Notes: generated by a model from the sequence alone, not told the origin. A stretch of 64,000 bases of DNA from an uncultured Candidatus Rokubacteria bacterium (GCA_963771355.1 CAVYTA010000006.1:2336001-2400000); one strand, 5' to 3'. Positions 30,904-41,099 are shown, numbered from the stretch's first letter. Translations and numbers: made by a program.

Positions 30904-32586
30904 ATGTTCGATCGTGACGCCATCGAGCGAGCCCGCCGGCTCACCGCCGCCTGGGAGGCCAACGAGCTGCGCCGCTTCGTCGAGCGCCAGCCGGAGACGC
31001 GGGCCCGCTACGAGACCTTGTCCGGACTGCCCGTCAACCGGGTCTACACGCCGGCCGACATCGCCGAGACGTCCTTCGACGAGATCGGGCTACCCGGGCA
31101 GTACCCCTACACGCGCGGGCCCTATCCCACCATGTACCGGGGGCGGCTGTGGACCATGCGGCAGATCGCGGGCTTCGGCTCCGGCGAGGACACCAACGGG
31201 CGCTTCCGCTATCTCATCGAGCAGGGCCAGACCGGGCTCAGCGTGGACTTCGACATGCCGACCCTGATGGGCTACGACTCGGACGACCCCAAGTCGCTCG
31301 GCGAGGTCGGACGCGAGGGCGTGGCGGTGGACACCCTCGACGACGCGGAGGCGCTCTTTCACGGCATCGATCTCGAGCGCATCTCGGTGTCCATGACCAT
31401 CAATCCCTCGGCGTGGATCCTGCTGGCCATGTACGTGGCGCTGGCGCAGAGCCGCGGCCTCGACCTCAACCGCCTCTCCGGCACCGTGCAGGCGGACATC
31501 CTCAAGGAGTACATCGCCCAGAAGGAGTGGATCTTCCCCATCCGTCCCTCCATGCGGATCATGCGCGACATGATCGTCTACTGCGCGCGCAACATGGCGC
31601 GCTACAACCCCATCAACATCAGCGGGTATCACATCTCGGAAGCAGGCGCGACCTCGGTGCAGGAGGTCGCCTTCACCATGGCCAACGGGGTGGCCTACGT
31701 GGAGGAGGTGACGCGGGCGGGGGTGCCGGTGGACGAGTTCGCGCCGCGGCTCGCCTTCTACTTCGTGGCCCAGGCCGACTTCTTCGAGGAGGTGGCGAAG
31801 TATCGCGCCGCCCGGCGCGTCTGGGCCAAGCTCATGAAGCAGCGCTTCGGCGCCACCCGGGCCGAGTCCATGCGGCTCCGCTTCCACTGCCAGACCGCGG
31901 CGGCCACCCTGACCAAGGCCCAGCCCATGAACAACGTGGTGCGCACCGCGCTGCAGGCCCTGTCCGCGGTGCTGGGCGGCGCCCAGTCCCTGCACACCAA
32001 CGGCCTCGACGAGGCCTATGCCATCCCGTCCGAGGAGGCGATGAAGCTGGCGCTCCGCACCCAGCAGATCATCGCCCACGAGACGCGGGTGCCCCAGGTG
32101 ATCGACCCGCTGGGCGGCTCCTGGTACGTGGAGTCGCTCACCAACCAGATCGAGGCCAAGGTCTTCGAGCTGCTCGCCAAGGTGGACGCCATGGGCGGCA
32201 CGATCAAGGCCATCGAGGAAGGCTGGTTCCAGCGCGAGATCGCGGACTCCGCTTACGAGACGGCGCGGCGCCGGGCCTCCGGCGAGCAGCCGCTGATCGG
32301 CGTGAACATGTTCGCGGAGCCGCCCGCCCCGGTGCCGGTGCCCATCCACAAGGTGGCCGCCGACGTGGAGGCGCGCCAGGTCGCCCGGGTCAAGGCGGTG
32401 CGCGCCCGCCGCGACAGCGCCCGCGTCGCCGCACTGCTGGAGCAGCTGGCCGCCGAGGCGCGCGACCCCGCGGTGAATCTCATGCCCGTGACCATAGAGC
32501 TGGTGCGAGCCCGCGCGACCATGGGGGAGATCGTGGCCCGCCTGCGCGAGGTCTTCGGCCACTACGTCGAGACGCCCATCTTCTGA
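30904..32586 (+). CDS. hcmA: 2-hydroxyisobutyryl-CoA mutase large subunit
   Basis: MCM-family sequence with RQIAGFG (Ile88; MCM has Tyr, ICM has Phe) and SVDFDMPT (Asp115), equivalent to HcmA Ile90/Asp117. Confidence 0.87.
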   Translation: MFDRDAIERARRLTAAWEANELRRFVERQPETRARYETLSGLPVNRVYTPADIAETSFDEIGLPGQYPYTRGPYPTMYRGRLWTMRQIAGFGSGEDTNGRFRYLIEQGQTGLSVDFDMPTLMGYDSDDPKSLGEVGREGVAVDTLDDAEALFHGIDLERISVSMTINPSAWILLAMYVALAQSRGLDLNRLSGTVQADILKEYIAQKEWIFPIRPSMRIMRDMIVYCARNMARYNPINISGYHISEAGATSVQEVAFTMANGVAYVEEVTRAGVPVDEFAPRLAFYFVAQADFFEEVAKYRAARRVWAKLMKQRFGATRAESMRLRFHCQTAAATLTKAQPMNNVVRTALQALSAVLGGAQSLHTNGLDEAYAIPSEEAMKLALRTQQIIAHETRVPQVIDPLGGSWYVESLTNQIEAKVFELLAKVDAMGGTIKAIEEGWFQREIADSAYETARRRASGEQPLIGVNMFAEPPAPVPVPIHKVAADVEARQVARVKAVRARRDSARVAALLEQLAAEARDPAVNLMPVTIELVRARATMGEIVARLREVFGHYVETPIF

Positions 32587-32598
32587 GGAGCCGCCGCC

Positions 32599-33747
32599 AT
32601 GCCCGCGCCCCGTCCCTACGTCGTGGCCTTCCCCGACGCCGACCTCGCCGATCTGCATGACCGTCTCGGCCGCACGCGCTTCCCCGACGAGCCGCCCGAG
32701 GCGGGCTGGCGCTTCGGTGCCGACCTCGCCTACGTGAAGTCCCTGGCCGCCTACTGGCGCGAGCACTACGACTGGCGGCGCTGGGAGGCGGAGCTCAATC
32801 GCTTCCGTCAATTCGTCGCCCCGGTGGCAGGCATCGACCTCCACTTCATCCACGAGGAGGGCCGGGGGCCGAAGCCGATGCCCCTCCTCCTCTCGCACGG
32901 CTGGCCGGGATCGGTGTGGGAGTTCCACAAGATCCTCCCCCTGCTCACCGATCCCGCGCGGTTCGGCGGCGATCCCGCCGATGCCTTCACGGTGGTGGCG
33001 CCGTCGCTCCCCGGCTACGGTTTCTCCTTCGCACCCGGGCAGGCACGGCTCGGCGTGTCCGAGATCGCGGACGTCTTCGCCAGCCTCATGCGCGACACCC
33101 TCGGCTACTCGCGCTACGGGGCACAGGGCGGCGACTGGGGCTGCTTCATCACCACCGTGCTCGGCCACCGCCGGCCCCAGGACGTGGCCGGCATCCACCT
33201 GAACCTCCTTCCCCTGCGGCGCGACGTGGCGCGGCCGGACCAGCCCACCGACGAGGAGAAGAAGTACCTCCAGGAACTGGGCCACTGGCTGCGCGAGGAG
33301 ACGGGGTATCAGTCGATCCAGGGGACCAAGCCGCAGACGCTCGCCTACGGCCTCACCGACTCCCCGGTGGGACTGGCGGCCTGGATCGTGGAGAAGTTCC
33401 GGAGCTGGAGCGACTGCGACGGGGAGGTCGAGCGGCGCTTCAGCAAGGATGATCTCTTGACCAACATCACCATCTACTGGCTGACCGGCGCGATCGGCTC
33501 TTCCTTCTGGCCCTACTATGCCCGCATCCACGATGGATGGCCGCTCCCCGACGGCGTCCGCATCGAGGTGCCGACGGGCTACGCGGCGTTTCCCAAGGAG
33601 ATCGTCCGCCCGCCGCGCGCGTGGGCGGAAAAGGTCTTCAACATCCAGCGCTGGACGGTGATGCCGGCGGGCGGCCACTTCGCGGCGATGGAGGAGCCCG
33701 AGGCGCTCGCGGGCGAGATCAGGGAGTTCTTTCGTCCCTTACGCTGA
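32599..33747 (+). CDS. Epoxide hydrolase (microsomal-type, EHN + alpha/beta fold)
   Basis: LLSHGWPGS, PSLPGYGFS, QGGDWG, LTDSPVGLAAWIVEKF, GGHFAAMEEP. Confidence 0.93.
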   Translation: MPAPRPYVVAFPDADLADLHDRLGRTRFPDEPPEAGWRFGADLAYVKSLAAYWREHYDWRRWEAELNRFRQFVAPVAGIDLHFIHEEGRGPKPMPLLLSHGWPGSVWEFHKILPLLTDPARFGGDPADAFTVVAPSLPGYGFSFAPGQARLGVSEIADVFASLMRDTLGYSRYGAQGGDWGCFITTVLGHRRPQDVAGIHLNLLPLRRDVARPDQPTDEEKKYLQELGHWLREETGYQSIQGTKPQTLAYGLTDSPVGLAAWIVEKFRSWSDCDGEVERRFSKDDLLTNITIYWLTGAIGSSFWPYYARIHDGWPLPDGVRIEVPTGYAAFPKEIVRPPRAWAEKVFNIQRWTVMPAGGHFAAMEEPEALAGEIREFFRPLR

Positions 33748-33797
33748 TATACTCCCCCCCGCCGGCCCCAGCACACGCGCCGGCAGGAGGCCCCACC

Positions 33798-35114
33798 ATG
33801 CGCCACACCCGCTTCGTGACGTCGTTCCTCGCCGCGGTGCTGCTGATCGCCGCCCCCCTCGCCTTCGCCGACGAGACGTGCAACTCCCCCTACATGGGCA
33901 ATCTCATCAAGGGACAGGAAGACTACGTCTACGTCTGGACGCTCGGGGTGAAGGGCCTGGGCGACGGCTTCGACAAGCTCGTCACCATCGACGCCAATCC
34001 CGCCTCCGCGCAGTACGGCAAGGTCATCCACAAGGTCTCCGTGGGCGGGCGCGGTGAGGCGCATCACATGGGCTTCACCGACGACCGCCGCTTTCTCTGG
34101 GCGGGCGGGCTCGACGACAGCAAGATCTTCATCTTCGACGTGGGGACGGATCCCGCCAAGCCCAAGATCGTGAGGCGCATCCTCGACTTCGCCAGCAAGA
34201 CCGGCTTCGTGGGCCCGCACACCTTCTACGCCATGCCCGGCCGCATGCTCGTGCAGGGCCTGTCCAACACCAAGGACAATGGCGGCGCCACCGGCTTCGC
34301 CGTCTACAGCAACCGCGGCGAGCTCATCAACGTGCAGGCCATGCCCACCGACAAGGGCGGCGATGGCTACGGCTACGACCTCGCCATCAATCCGCAGAAG
34401 AACGTGATGCTCTCCTCGAGCTTCACCGGGCGCGCCAACTACATGCGCGAGCTGGGCAAGCTGGTGGGCGACGCCGAGGCCATGAAGAAGTTCGGCAGCA
34501 CCATGGTGGTGTGGGACCTCAAGGCGCTCACCCCGAAGAACGTGCTCAGCGTGCCCGGGGCCCCGCTGGAGATCCGCTGGTCCCTCCACGAGGGCGACAA
34601 CTGGGCCATCACCGCGGCCGCCCTCACCTCGAAGCTCTGGCTGGTGAAGCAGGACGCGGCGGGCGAGTGGCAGGCCAAGGACGTTGCCACCATCGGCGAC
34701 CCCGCCAAGATCCCGCTCCCGGTGGACATCAGCATCAGCCGCGACGGCACCGGCCTCTGGGTGAACACCTTCATGGACGGCAAGACCCGCTACTTCGACC
34801 TCACCAATCCGGAGCAGCCGAAGCAGACCTACGAGAAGGTTACCGGCAAGCAGGTCAACATGATCTCGCAGAGCTGGGACGGTAAGCGCGTGTACATCGC
34901 CTCCTCGCTGCTGGCGAACTGGGACAAGGGCGGCGACGACAACGAGCAGTTCGTCCGCGCGTTCAAGTGGGACGGCAAGGAGCTCACGCCCGCCTTCTCG
35001 GTGGACTTCAACAAGGAGAAGCTCGGGCGCGCGCACCACATGAAGTTCGGCTCGCGGGCCACGCGGCCGGCCTACACCCCGACGCGCCCCGTGAGCTTCG
35101 AGCCCACCCGGTGA
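33798..35114 (+). CDS. mtoX: Methanethiol oxidase/SBP56 family periplasmic protein (MtoX-like, W211-equivalent is Arg)
   Basis: Signal peptide then DETCNSP; GEAHH, GPHT, LANWDK, GRAHHMKF; collinear with the recalled Hyphomicrobium MtoX. Confidence 0.85.
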   Translation: MRHTRFVTSFLAAVLLIAAPLAFADETCNSPYMGNLIKGQEDYVYVWTLGVKGLGDGFDKLVTIDANPASAQYGKVIHKVSVGGRGEAHHMGFTDDRRFLWAGGLDDSKIFIFDVGTDPAKPKIVRRILDFASKTGFVGPHTFYAMPGRMLVQGLSNTKDNGGATGFAVYSNRGELINVQAMPTDKGGDGYGYDLAINPQKNVMLSSSFTGRANYMRELGKLVGDAEAMKKFGSTMVVWDLKALTPKNVLSVPGAPLEIRWSLHEGDNWAITAAALTSKLWLVKQDAAGEWQAKDVATIGDPAKIPLPVDISISRDGTGLWVNTFMDGKTRYFDLTNPEQPKQTYEKVTGKQVNMISQSWDGKRVYIASSLLANWDKGGDDNEQFVRAFKWDGKELTPAFSVDFNKEKLGRAHHMKFGSRATRPAYTPTRPVSFEPTR

Positions 35115-35797
35115 GGAAACGCCCGCCCGGGGCGGTCGCGGGCGCGGCGCTCGCCGTGCTCGTCCTCGCCGGCGCCGCGCCCGCGCACCCGCCGCCGCCG
35201 GCGCCGGATCCGCCCGCGGTGATGGATTTCGTGCCGCCCGCCCCCGGCACCTACCGCCTCTACGACATCATGCGGGCGCCCGACGGCGCCGTGCTCGACC
35301 TCGAGGGCCGGCGGGCGCGCCTGGCCCGCTTCACCACAGGCAAGATCACCGTACTCTCCTTCATCTACACCGGCTGCGCGGACGCGCGCGGATGCCCGCT
35401 CGCCTATCAGGTCTTCCACGCCATGCACGACCGGCTGCGCGCGACCCCCGCCCTGCGCGACCGCGTCCGTCTCGTCACGCTGAGCTTCGATCCCGTACAC
35501 GACACGCCCGCCGTCATGCGGCGCTATGCGAACGGCGTCCCCTCCGAGGGGGCACCGGGCGTCGAGTGGACCTTCCTCACCACCCCTTCGCCGCGTGCGC
35601 TCTTACCCATCCTGGACGGCTTCGGCCAGGACGTGCAGGTGGAGCCCCGGCCGCGCGGCGGCCAGGCTCCGCGTCTCGGTCACGTGCTGAAGGTCTTCCT
35701 CATCGACGCGCGCGGGATGGTCCGCGAGATCTATACCACCTCCTTCCTCTTCCCCGACGTCGTGCTGAACGACATCGAGACGCTGCGCCGCGAATGA
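35111..35797 (+). CDS. SCO1/SenC-family copper chaperone
   Basis: FIYTGCADARGCP, LSFDPVHDTP, GHVLKVFLID; GTGA overlap with mtoX. Confidence 0.88.
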   Translation: MRKRPPGAVAGAALAVLVLAGAAPAHPPPPAPDPPAVMDFVPPAPGTYRLYDIMRAPDGAVLDLEGRRARLARFTTGKITVLSFIYTGCADARGCPLAYQVFHAMHDRLRATPALRDRVRLVTLSFDPVHDTPAVMRRYANGVPSEGAPGVEWTFLTTPSPRALLPILDGFGQDVQVEPRPRGGQAPRLGHVLKVFLIDARGMVREIYTTSFLFPDVVLNDIETLRRE

Positions 35798-35807
35798 GGC
35801 CGGGCTC

Positions 35808-37880
35808 ATGCCGTCACCACGCACCCGGAAGCGCTGGCGGGCAAGCTGTCTCCTGGCGGCGGCGGTCGCCCTCGTGCTCTCCGTCGGCACCGCCCTCGAC
35901 GTCCTCGCCACCGTCCGCGCCCAGGCCCTCGACCTCCTCTTCGTGACCCGCCCCACGCGGGTGGCCGAGTCCACCCTGATCGTGGGAATCGACCAGCGGA
36001 GCTACCAGGCGCTGCTCCCCCGCTACGGCCCGCTCTCCGCCTGGCCCCGGAGCCTCTATGCGCGGGCGCTGGACGCGCTGGAGGCCGCCGGCCCGCGGGT
36101 AGTGGCCTTCGCCGTCTTCTTCGACGCCCCCCGGGCGGAGGACGGCGAGCTCACCGCGGCGATGCGCCGGGCCGGCAATGTCGTGGTCCCCGCGGTGGCC
36201 CAGCGGCCGCTGGGATTCAGCTCGCGGCCGGGCGTCGCCCAGGAGTTCGACACCTTCGTGCGCCCGGTGCCCGCCATTCGCGCCGCCGCCGCAGCCGAGG
36301 GCGCTGCCAATATCACCACCGCCCGCGACAGCGTGGTGCGCGGCCTGCCCCTCCTGCTGCAGGCGGAGGGGGAGCGGCTGCCCAGCTTCGCGCTGACGGT
36401 GGTGGCGCGTCACGCGCGCCGGCCCGCGGTGCTGGACGCCGAGCCCGCGCCCGGAGTCGTCTACGCGGCGGGGCGCGCCATCCCGCTCGCCGAGCGCAAC
36501 ACCATGCTGATCAACTTTCTCGGTCCGCCCTCCGAGCCCGGCGGCCGCGGGCCCTTCCGCATCCTGTCCTTCGTGGACGTGCTGGAGGGAAACTTCGCCC
36601 CTGCGCTCGTGCGCGACCGCGTCGTGCTCATCGGCCCCACCATCCAGGGCGTGGACGAGCATCCCACCCCGACCACCAGCGACACGCGGATGTGGGGGGT
36701 CGAGATCCTCGCCAACGCGGTGGAGACCATCCTCCACCAGCACTATCTCGCGCCCCTGCCCCGGAGCGCGACCATCGGCGCCATCGCCATGCTCGCCCTG
36801 GTCGGCGCCAGCCTCGCCGCGTTCTGGCGTCCCGTGATCGCGGGGCTCGCCGCCCTCGGCGTCCTTGCCGTCTACGTGATGCTGGCCACCGCGCTCTTCG
36901 AGGCGGGCCACCCACTGGACCTCGTCTACCCGCCCGCCGCCCTCGTGCTCGCCTTCGGCGCCACCCTCATCTACCGGGTGGTCTTCGACGAGGCCGAGCA
37001 GCGCGTGCTGCAGGACGCGATGGCGCGCTATCTCTCCCCCACCGTGAGCCGGTGGGTGCTCGAGGATCCCGACCGCCTCCGGCTGGGAGGCGAGCGGCGC
37101 GAGATGACCGTCCTCTTCAGTGATCTCCGGCGCTTCACCACCGTCGTGCACGAGCTGCCCCCCGAAGTGGTGGTCTCCCTCCTGAATCTCTATCGCGGCG
37201 ACATGACGGAGCACGTGTTCGCCGAGGACGGCGTGCTCTCTCAATACGCGGGAGATGCGATCGAGGCGTTCTGGAACGCGCCCATGGACCAGCCCGACCA
37301 CGCGCGGCGCGCGTGCGCGACCGCCCTCGAGATGACCGCGGCGCTCGCGCATCTGCAGCCCGAGTTCGCGCGGCGCGGGTGGGCAGGGCTCGACATGGCG
37401 GTGGGGATCAACACGGGCCCCACGGTGGTCGGGAACGTGGGCTCGCGTGCCCGGCTTGCCTATACCGCGGTGGGGGACGCGGTCAACGTGGCGGCCCGGC
37501 TCGAGGGCCTCTCCAAGGAGTACGGGGTGCGCGTGGTGATCGGGGAGGCGACCCGGGAGGCGGCGGGATCCGCCTTCGAGTACCGCTTCCTCGATGTGGT
37601 GGCGGTGAAGGGGCGGAACACCCCCGTCACCGTGTACGAGCTACTGGGCCGCGCGGGGAGCCTCACGCCCGACGCCGCCGCCCTGCTCGCCCGCTATCAC
37701 GAGGGCATCGGGCTGTATCGCGGCCGCCGGTGGCGAGAGGCGGTCGCGCTCTTCGATGGACTCGCCGCGGAGGCGCCCGACGACGGGCCCGTCGCCCTCT
37801 ACCGCCGGCGGAGCCACGACCTCCTCGCCGACCCTCCGCCGCCCGACTGGGACGGTGTGTACGTCGCGCTGACCAAGTAG
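35808..37880 (+). CDS. CHASE2-domain class III adenylate/guanylate cyclase
   Basis: IVGIDQRS, WPRSLY, GVEILANA, three TM helices, LGGERREMTVLFSDLR, GDAIEAFWNAP, YTAVGDAVNVAARLEG. Confidence 0.92.
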   Translation: MPSPRTRKRWRASCLLAAAVALVLSVGTALDVLATVRAQALDLLFVTRPTRVAESTLIVGIDQRSYQALLPRYGPLSAWPRSLYARALDALEAAGPRVVAFAVFFDAPRAEDGELTAAMRRAGNVVVPAVAQRPLGFSSRPGVAQEFDTFVRPVPAIRAAAAAEGAANITTARDSVVRGLPLLLQAEGERLPSFALTVVARHARRPAVLDAEPAPGVVYAAGRAIPLAERNTMLINFLGPPSEPGGRGPFRILSFVDVLEGNFAPALVRDRVVLIGPTIQGVDEHPTPTTSDTRMWGVEILANAVETILHQHYLAPLPRSATIGAIAMLALVGASLAAFWRPVIAGLAALGVLAVYVMLATALFEAGHPLDLVYPPAALVLAFGATLIYRVVFDEAEQRVLQDAMARYLSPTVSRWVLEDPDRLRLGGERREMTVLFSDLRRFTTVVHELPPEVVVSLLNLYRGDMTEHVFAEDGVLSQYAGDAIEAFWNAPMDQPDHARRACATALEMTAALAHLQPEFARRGWAGLDMAVGINTGPTVVGNVGSRARLAYTAVGDAVNVAARLEGLSKEYGVRVVIGEATREAAGSAFEYRFLDVVAVKGRNTPVTVYELLGRAGSLTPDAAALLARYHEGIGLYRGRRWREAVALFDGLAAEAPDDGPVALYRRRSHDLLADPPPPDWDGVYVALTK

Positions 37881-37907
37881 TCGGGCCGGGCGCGCGGGAG
37901 TGGCGCC

Positions 37908-38990
37908 CTAGCGCGCCGTCCAGGTGGCCAGCTCGGCGGGCGACAGCACGATGGTCGTCGGGATGCCGGCGGGCACCGGCTTCAGCCGCTCCAGCCAGCC
38001 CTCCACCACGCGCGCGGCCCGTGGATCGGGCCGCTCGAACTCGCCGAAGCGCTGCACGATGTCGCCGCCCCGCTGCTCACCCTCTCGCAGGCGCCCGCGC
38101 CGATCGTCCCAGTACACGGCATTGCCCTTGAAGCGGCCCACCACGCTCACCCGGTAGTCGCCGTCGCCCGTCGCCGCGAGCACGAGCCGGTAGGGCCCGG
38201 CGAGGCCGGCGGGCACCTCGATGACCCGGCGCCCGTGCCGCGTCCCGGTGAGCGAGCCGAACACCTGGTTCACCTCGACGCCGGGGGCGACGAAGCCGGC
38301 CGCGCGCACGCCGTCGGGCATGATGAGGAGCGGCAAGACCGGGCCCTCGACGGTGACCTCGAGCGTGCTCGCGTTCACCGAGAAGGGCTCGGTGGTCTCG
38401 GTGCCGTCGTAGCCGAGCGTGCCCTTCTCGCCCGCCCGGAGCAACGTGCGCAGAGTGCCGCGCGCGTCGCGCAGCTCCACCTCGCCGGCACGCGTCCAGC
38501 TCACGAAGCTGCCGTCCGGGCGGGCCTCCGCGCCGATGAGTCCGTCGCGCGCGGTGGCCGAGTTCGCGTTGGACTGCAGCGTGACGGTACCGCGTCCGCC
38601 CAGCCATCCGGCCACCCGCGCCCACACCGTGCCGGCGAGGATGAGGATGCGGACCCGGGAGGGTCCGGGGCCGGCGTTCGCTTCCCGCACGGTGACGTCC
38701 GAGCCCGGCTCGACGACCACCGTGGTGCCGTCCAGGAAGGTGATCAGCGCGCGCCCACCGGGGGAGGTGACCACTCGGTCGCCCTCGGCGAGATCCGACC
38801 CGCTCGTCGCCCGCGCGAGCGGCCCGCCGGTAGCACGCGCATGCGCGACCGGCGCCGAGAGCACGGTCAGCGTGGCGGCGGTGACCGGCCGGATCGACGG
38901 CGACTGCGCGGACACGGCGGTGACGAACGGCAGGACGAACAGGAGGACGACGACGAGGGCGACCGCTCCCACAACCTTTCGTTCTGCCAT
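37908..38990 (-). CDS. FecR-domain secreted protein
   Basis: Signal peptide; LAEGDRVVTSPGGRALITFLDGT; GTVWARV. Confidence 0.75.
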   Translation of the reverse strand: MAERKVVGAVALVVVLLFVLPFVTAVSAQSPSIRPVTAATLTVLSAPVAHARATGGPLARATSGSDLAEGDRVVTSPGGRALITFLDGTTVVVEPGSDVTVREANAGPGPSRVRILILAGTVWARVAGWLGGRGTVTLQSNANSATARDGLIGAEARPDGSFVSWTRAGEVELRDARGTLRTLLRAGEKGTLGYDGTETTEPFSVNASTLEVTVEGPVLPLLIMPDGVRAAGFVAPGVEVNQVFGSLTGTRHGRRVIEVPAGLAGPYRLVLAATGDGDYRVSVVGRFKGNAVYWDDRRGRLREGEQRGGDIVQRFGEFERPDPRAARVVEGWLERLKPVPAGIPTTIVLSPAELATWTAR

Positions 38991-39191
38991 GGCTCTTGGT
39001 ACCTCCAGCGACGTTGACATGACACCCCGCGAGGGAGCAAGGCATGTGCCAGTGCTCCGCGGCGGCTACGTCCCCTCCGCGTCACCCTTCCCACGAGCGA
39101 TCCCTCGACCGAGGGCGGGCAAGACGCCCCGGCGAGCGGGACGCCGGCGGCAGGCTGCCCGATGGAGGAGCCGTTGTGTATGATCGACGCC

Positions 39192-40133
39192 ATGAAGCTC
39201 GGATTCGCGTTGCCGGTGGCGGGCGCCTGGGCCACACCCGAGAACCAGGTACGTGTCGCCCAGCACGCCGAGCGGCTCGGCTACTCGGGCCTCTGGGTGC
39301 TCCAGCGGCTCCTCTACGCGCTCGAGCCCAAGGGTGCCTACCCGCCCATGCCCAATCAACCCTGGCCCAAGATGTTCGAGAGCGTGGTGGATCCAATCGT
39401 GGCGCTGGCCTACGTGGCCGGGCAGACCTCGCGCATCCGGCTCGGCACCAGCGTGCTCATCATGCCGTACTACTCACCCATCCTCCTCGCCAAGCAGCTC
39501 GCCACGCTCGATCAGGTCTCCGGCGGGCGGCTCGATGTGGGACTGGGGCTGGGCTGGTCCGAGGACGAGTTCGACGCCTCCGGGGTTTCGTTCAAGCAGC
39601 GCGGCCGGCGCGGCGACGAGTTCCTTCGCTGCCTCAAGACGATCTGGACAGAGGACGTGGTGGAGTTCCATGGCGACTTCTATCACGTGCCGCGCTCCCG
39701 CGTGCTGCCCAAGCCCCGCCAGCAGCCGCACCCGCCCATCACCATCGGCGGCTACAGCGAGGTGGTGATCAATCGCGCGGTGAACCTCGGCGACGGCTTC
39801 AACGGAGGCAACATGCCGCTGGCGGAGGTGCGCCCGCTCATCGCGCGCATCCGCGCCGCGGCGGACAAGGCCGGGCGCGATCCCGCGGGCCTGCACGTGG
39901 TCTGCCGCGGGAGTTCACGCGTGCACGAGACGGCCGCAGGGGCCCGGCCGCCGCGCGCTGTTCGGGACCCTCGGGGAGATCCGCGAGGACATCCAGCGCT
40001 ACGCGGAGGCGGGCCTCACCGAGCTGTTCCTCGAGGGCAACTTCACCCTCGCCGACTCGTCCCATCGAGCGCGCGCTCGAGCTGATGGAGCAGCTCGCTC
40101 CCGCCCGCGGGCCCCCTGCCGCCGACTACTTGA
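39192..40133 (+). CDS. LLM-class (putative F420-dependent) oxidoreductase; frameshifts near 39945 and 40060
   Basis: MKLGFALP, AERLGYSGLW, TSRIRLGTSVL, LAKQLATLDQVSGGRL, GLGLGWSEDEF; 3' end approximate. Confidence 0.85.
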
Positions 40134-41099
40134 GCCGCGGGTCCAGCGCGTCGCGAAGGCCGTCGCCGAAGAGGTTGAAGCCGAGCACGGTCACGAAGAT
40201 GGCCAGCCCCGGGAAGAGCGAGAGCCACATGTTGGCCTGGATGAAGGAGACGTTCGCCTTGAGATCCCAGCCCCAGCTCGGCGTGGGCGGCTGGGTGCCG
40301 AGTCCCAGGAAGGACAGCGTGGCCTCCACGATGATGGAGGTGGCGATCCCGAGCGTGGTGGTCACGATGATCGGCGCCAGGCAGTTCGGCAGCACGTGGC
40401 GGAACAGGATCCAGGGATCCCGCACGCCGAGAGCGCGGGACGCCTCGATGTACTCCTTCTCCTTGATGGAGAGCACGCTCCCCCGCACCAGCCGCGCGTA
40501 GATGGGGATGCGCACGATGGCGATGGCGCCGGTGACCTTCATGGTGCCGATCAGCCCCGCGGTGGGCGTGAAGATGACCATCAGGATGATGGCGAGCAGG
40601 TAGATCGGGAAGGCGAGGATCAGGTCCATCATCCGCATGATGAGGGTGTCGACCCGGCCCCCGTAGAACCCGGCGATCATGCCGAAGGGCACGCCGACGA
40701 ACAGCGCCAGCAGCACCGAGGACACCCCCACCAGCAGCGAGATGCGCGTGCCGTGGATGATGCGGCTCAGCATGTCGCGCCCGAGCTGGTCGGTGCCCAG
40801 GGGATAGTCCCAGCTCGGGCGCTCGAAGGTGTGCGTCTGGTCGCTGGCGATGGGGCTCCGGGGCGCCAGCACGTCCGCGAAGATCGCCACGACGAGCAGG
40901 ACGACGACGATCCCCGCGCCCAGCAGCGCGGTCGTGCTGCGCCGGAGCCGGCGGATCCCCTCCACCAGGGGCGATGCCGAGGGCTTGGCGCGCGCGCCCC
41001 AGGCGACGCCGGCGGGCACGCGGCAGGTCGGCCTCGCCCACGCTGCCCCCGTGGATCGGTCGCGGCCTCTTCCGGGAGCGCGTCGCCTCCGTTGCCCAT
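40126..41099 (-). CDS. Dipeptide/oligopeptide ABC permease (DppC-like)
   Basis: LGTDQLGRDMLSRII.GTRISL, KEYIEASRALG, EATLSFLGLG..PPTPSWG; 5' end uncertain because of a probable frameshift near 41040. Confidence 0.88.

Noticed and set aside
30904..32586. Methylmalonyl-CoA or isobutyryl-CoA mutase call
   Set aside because: The specificity residue is Ile, not Tyr (MCM) or Phe (ICM).
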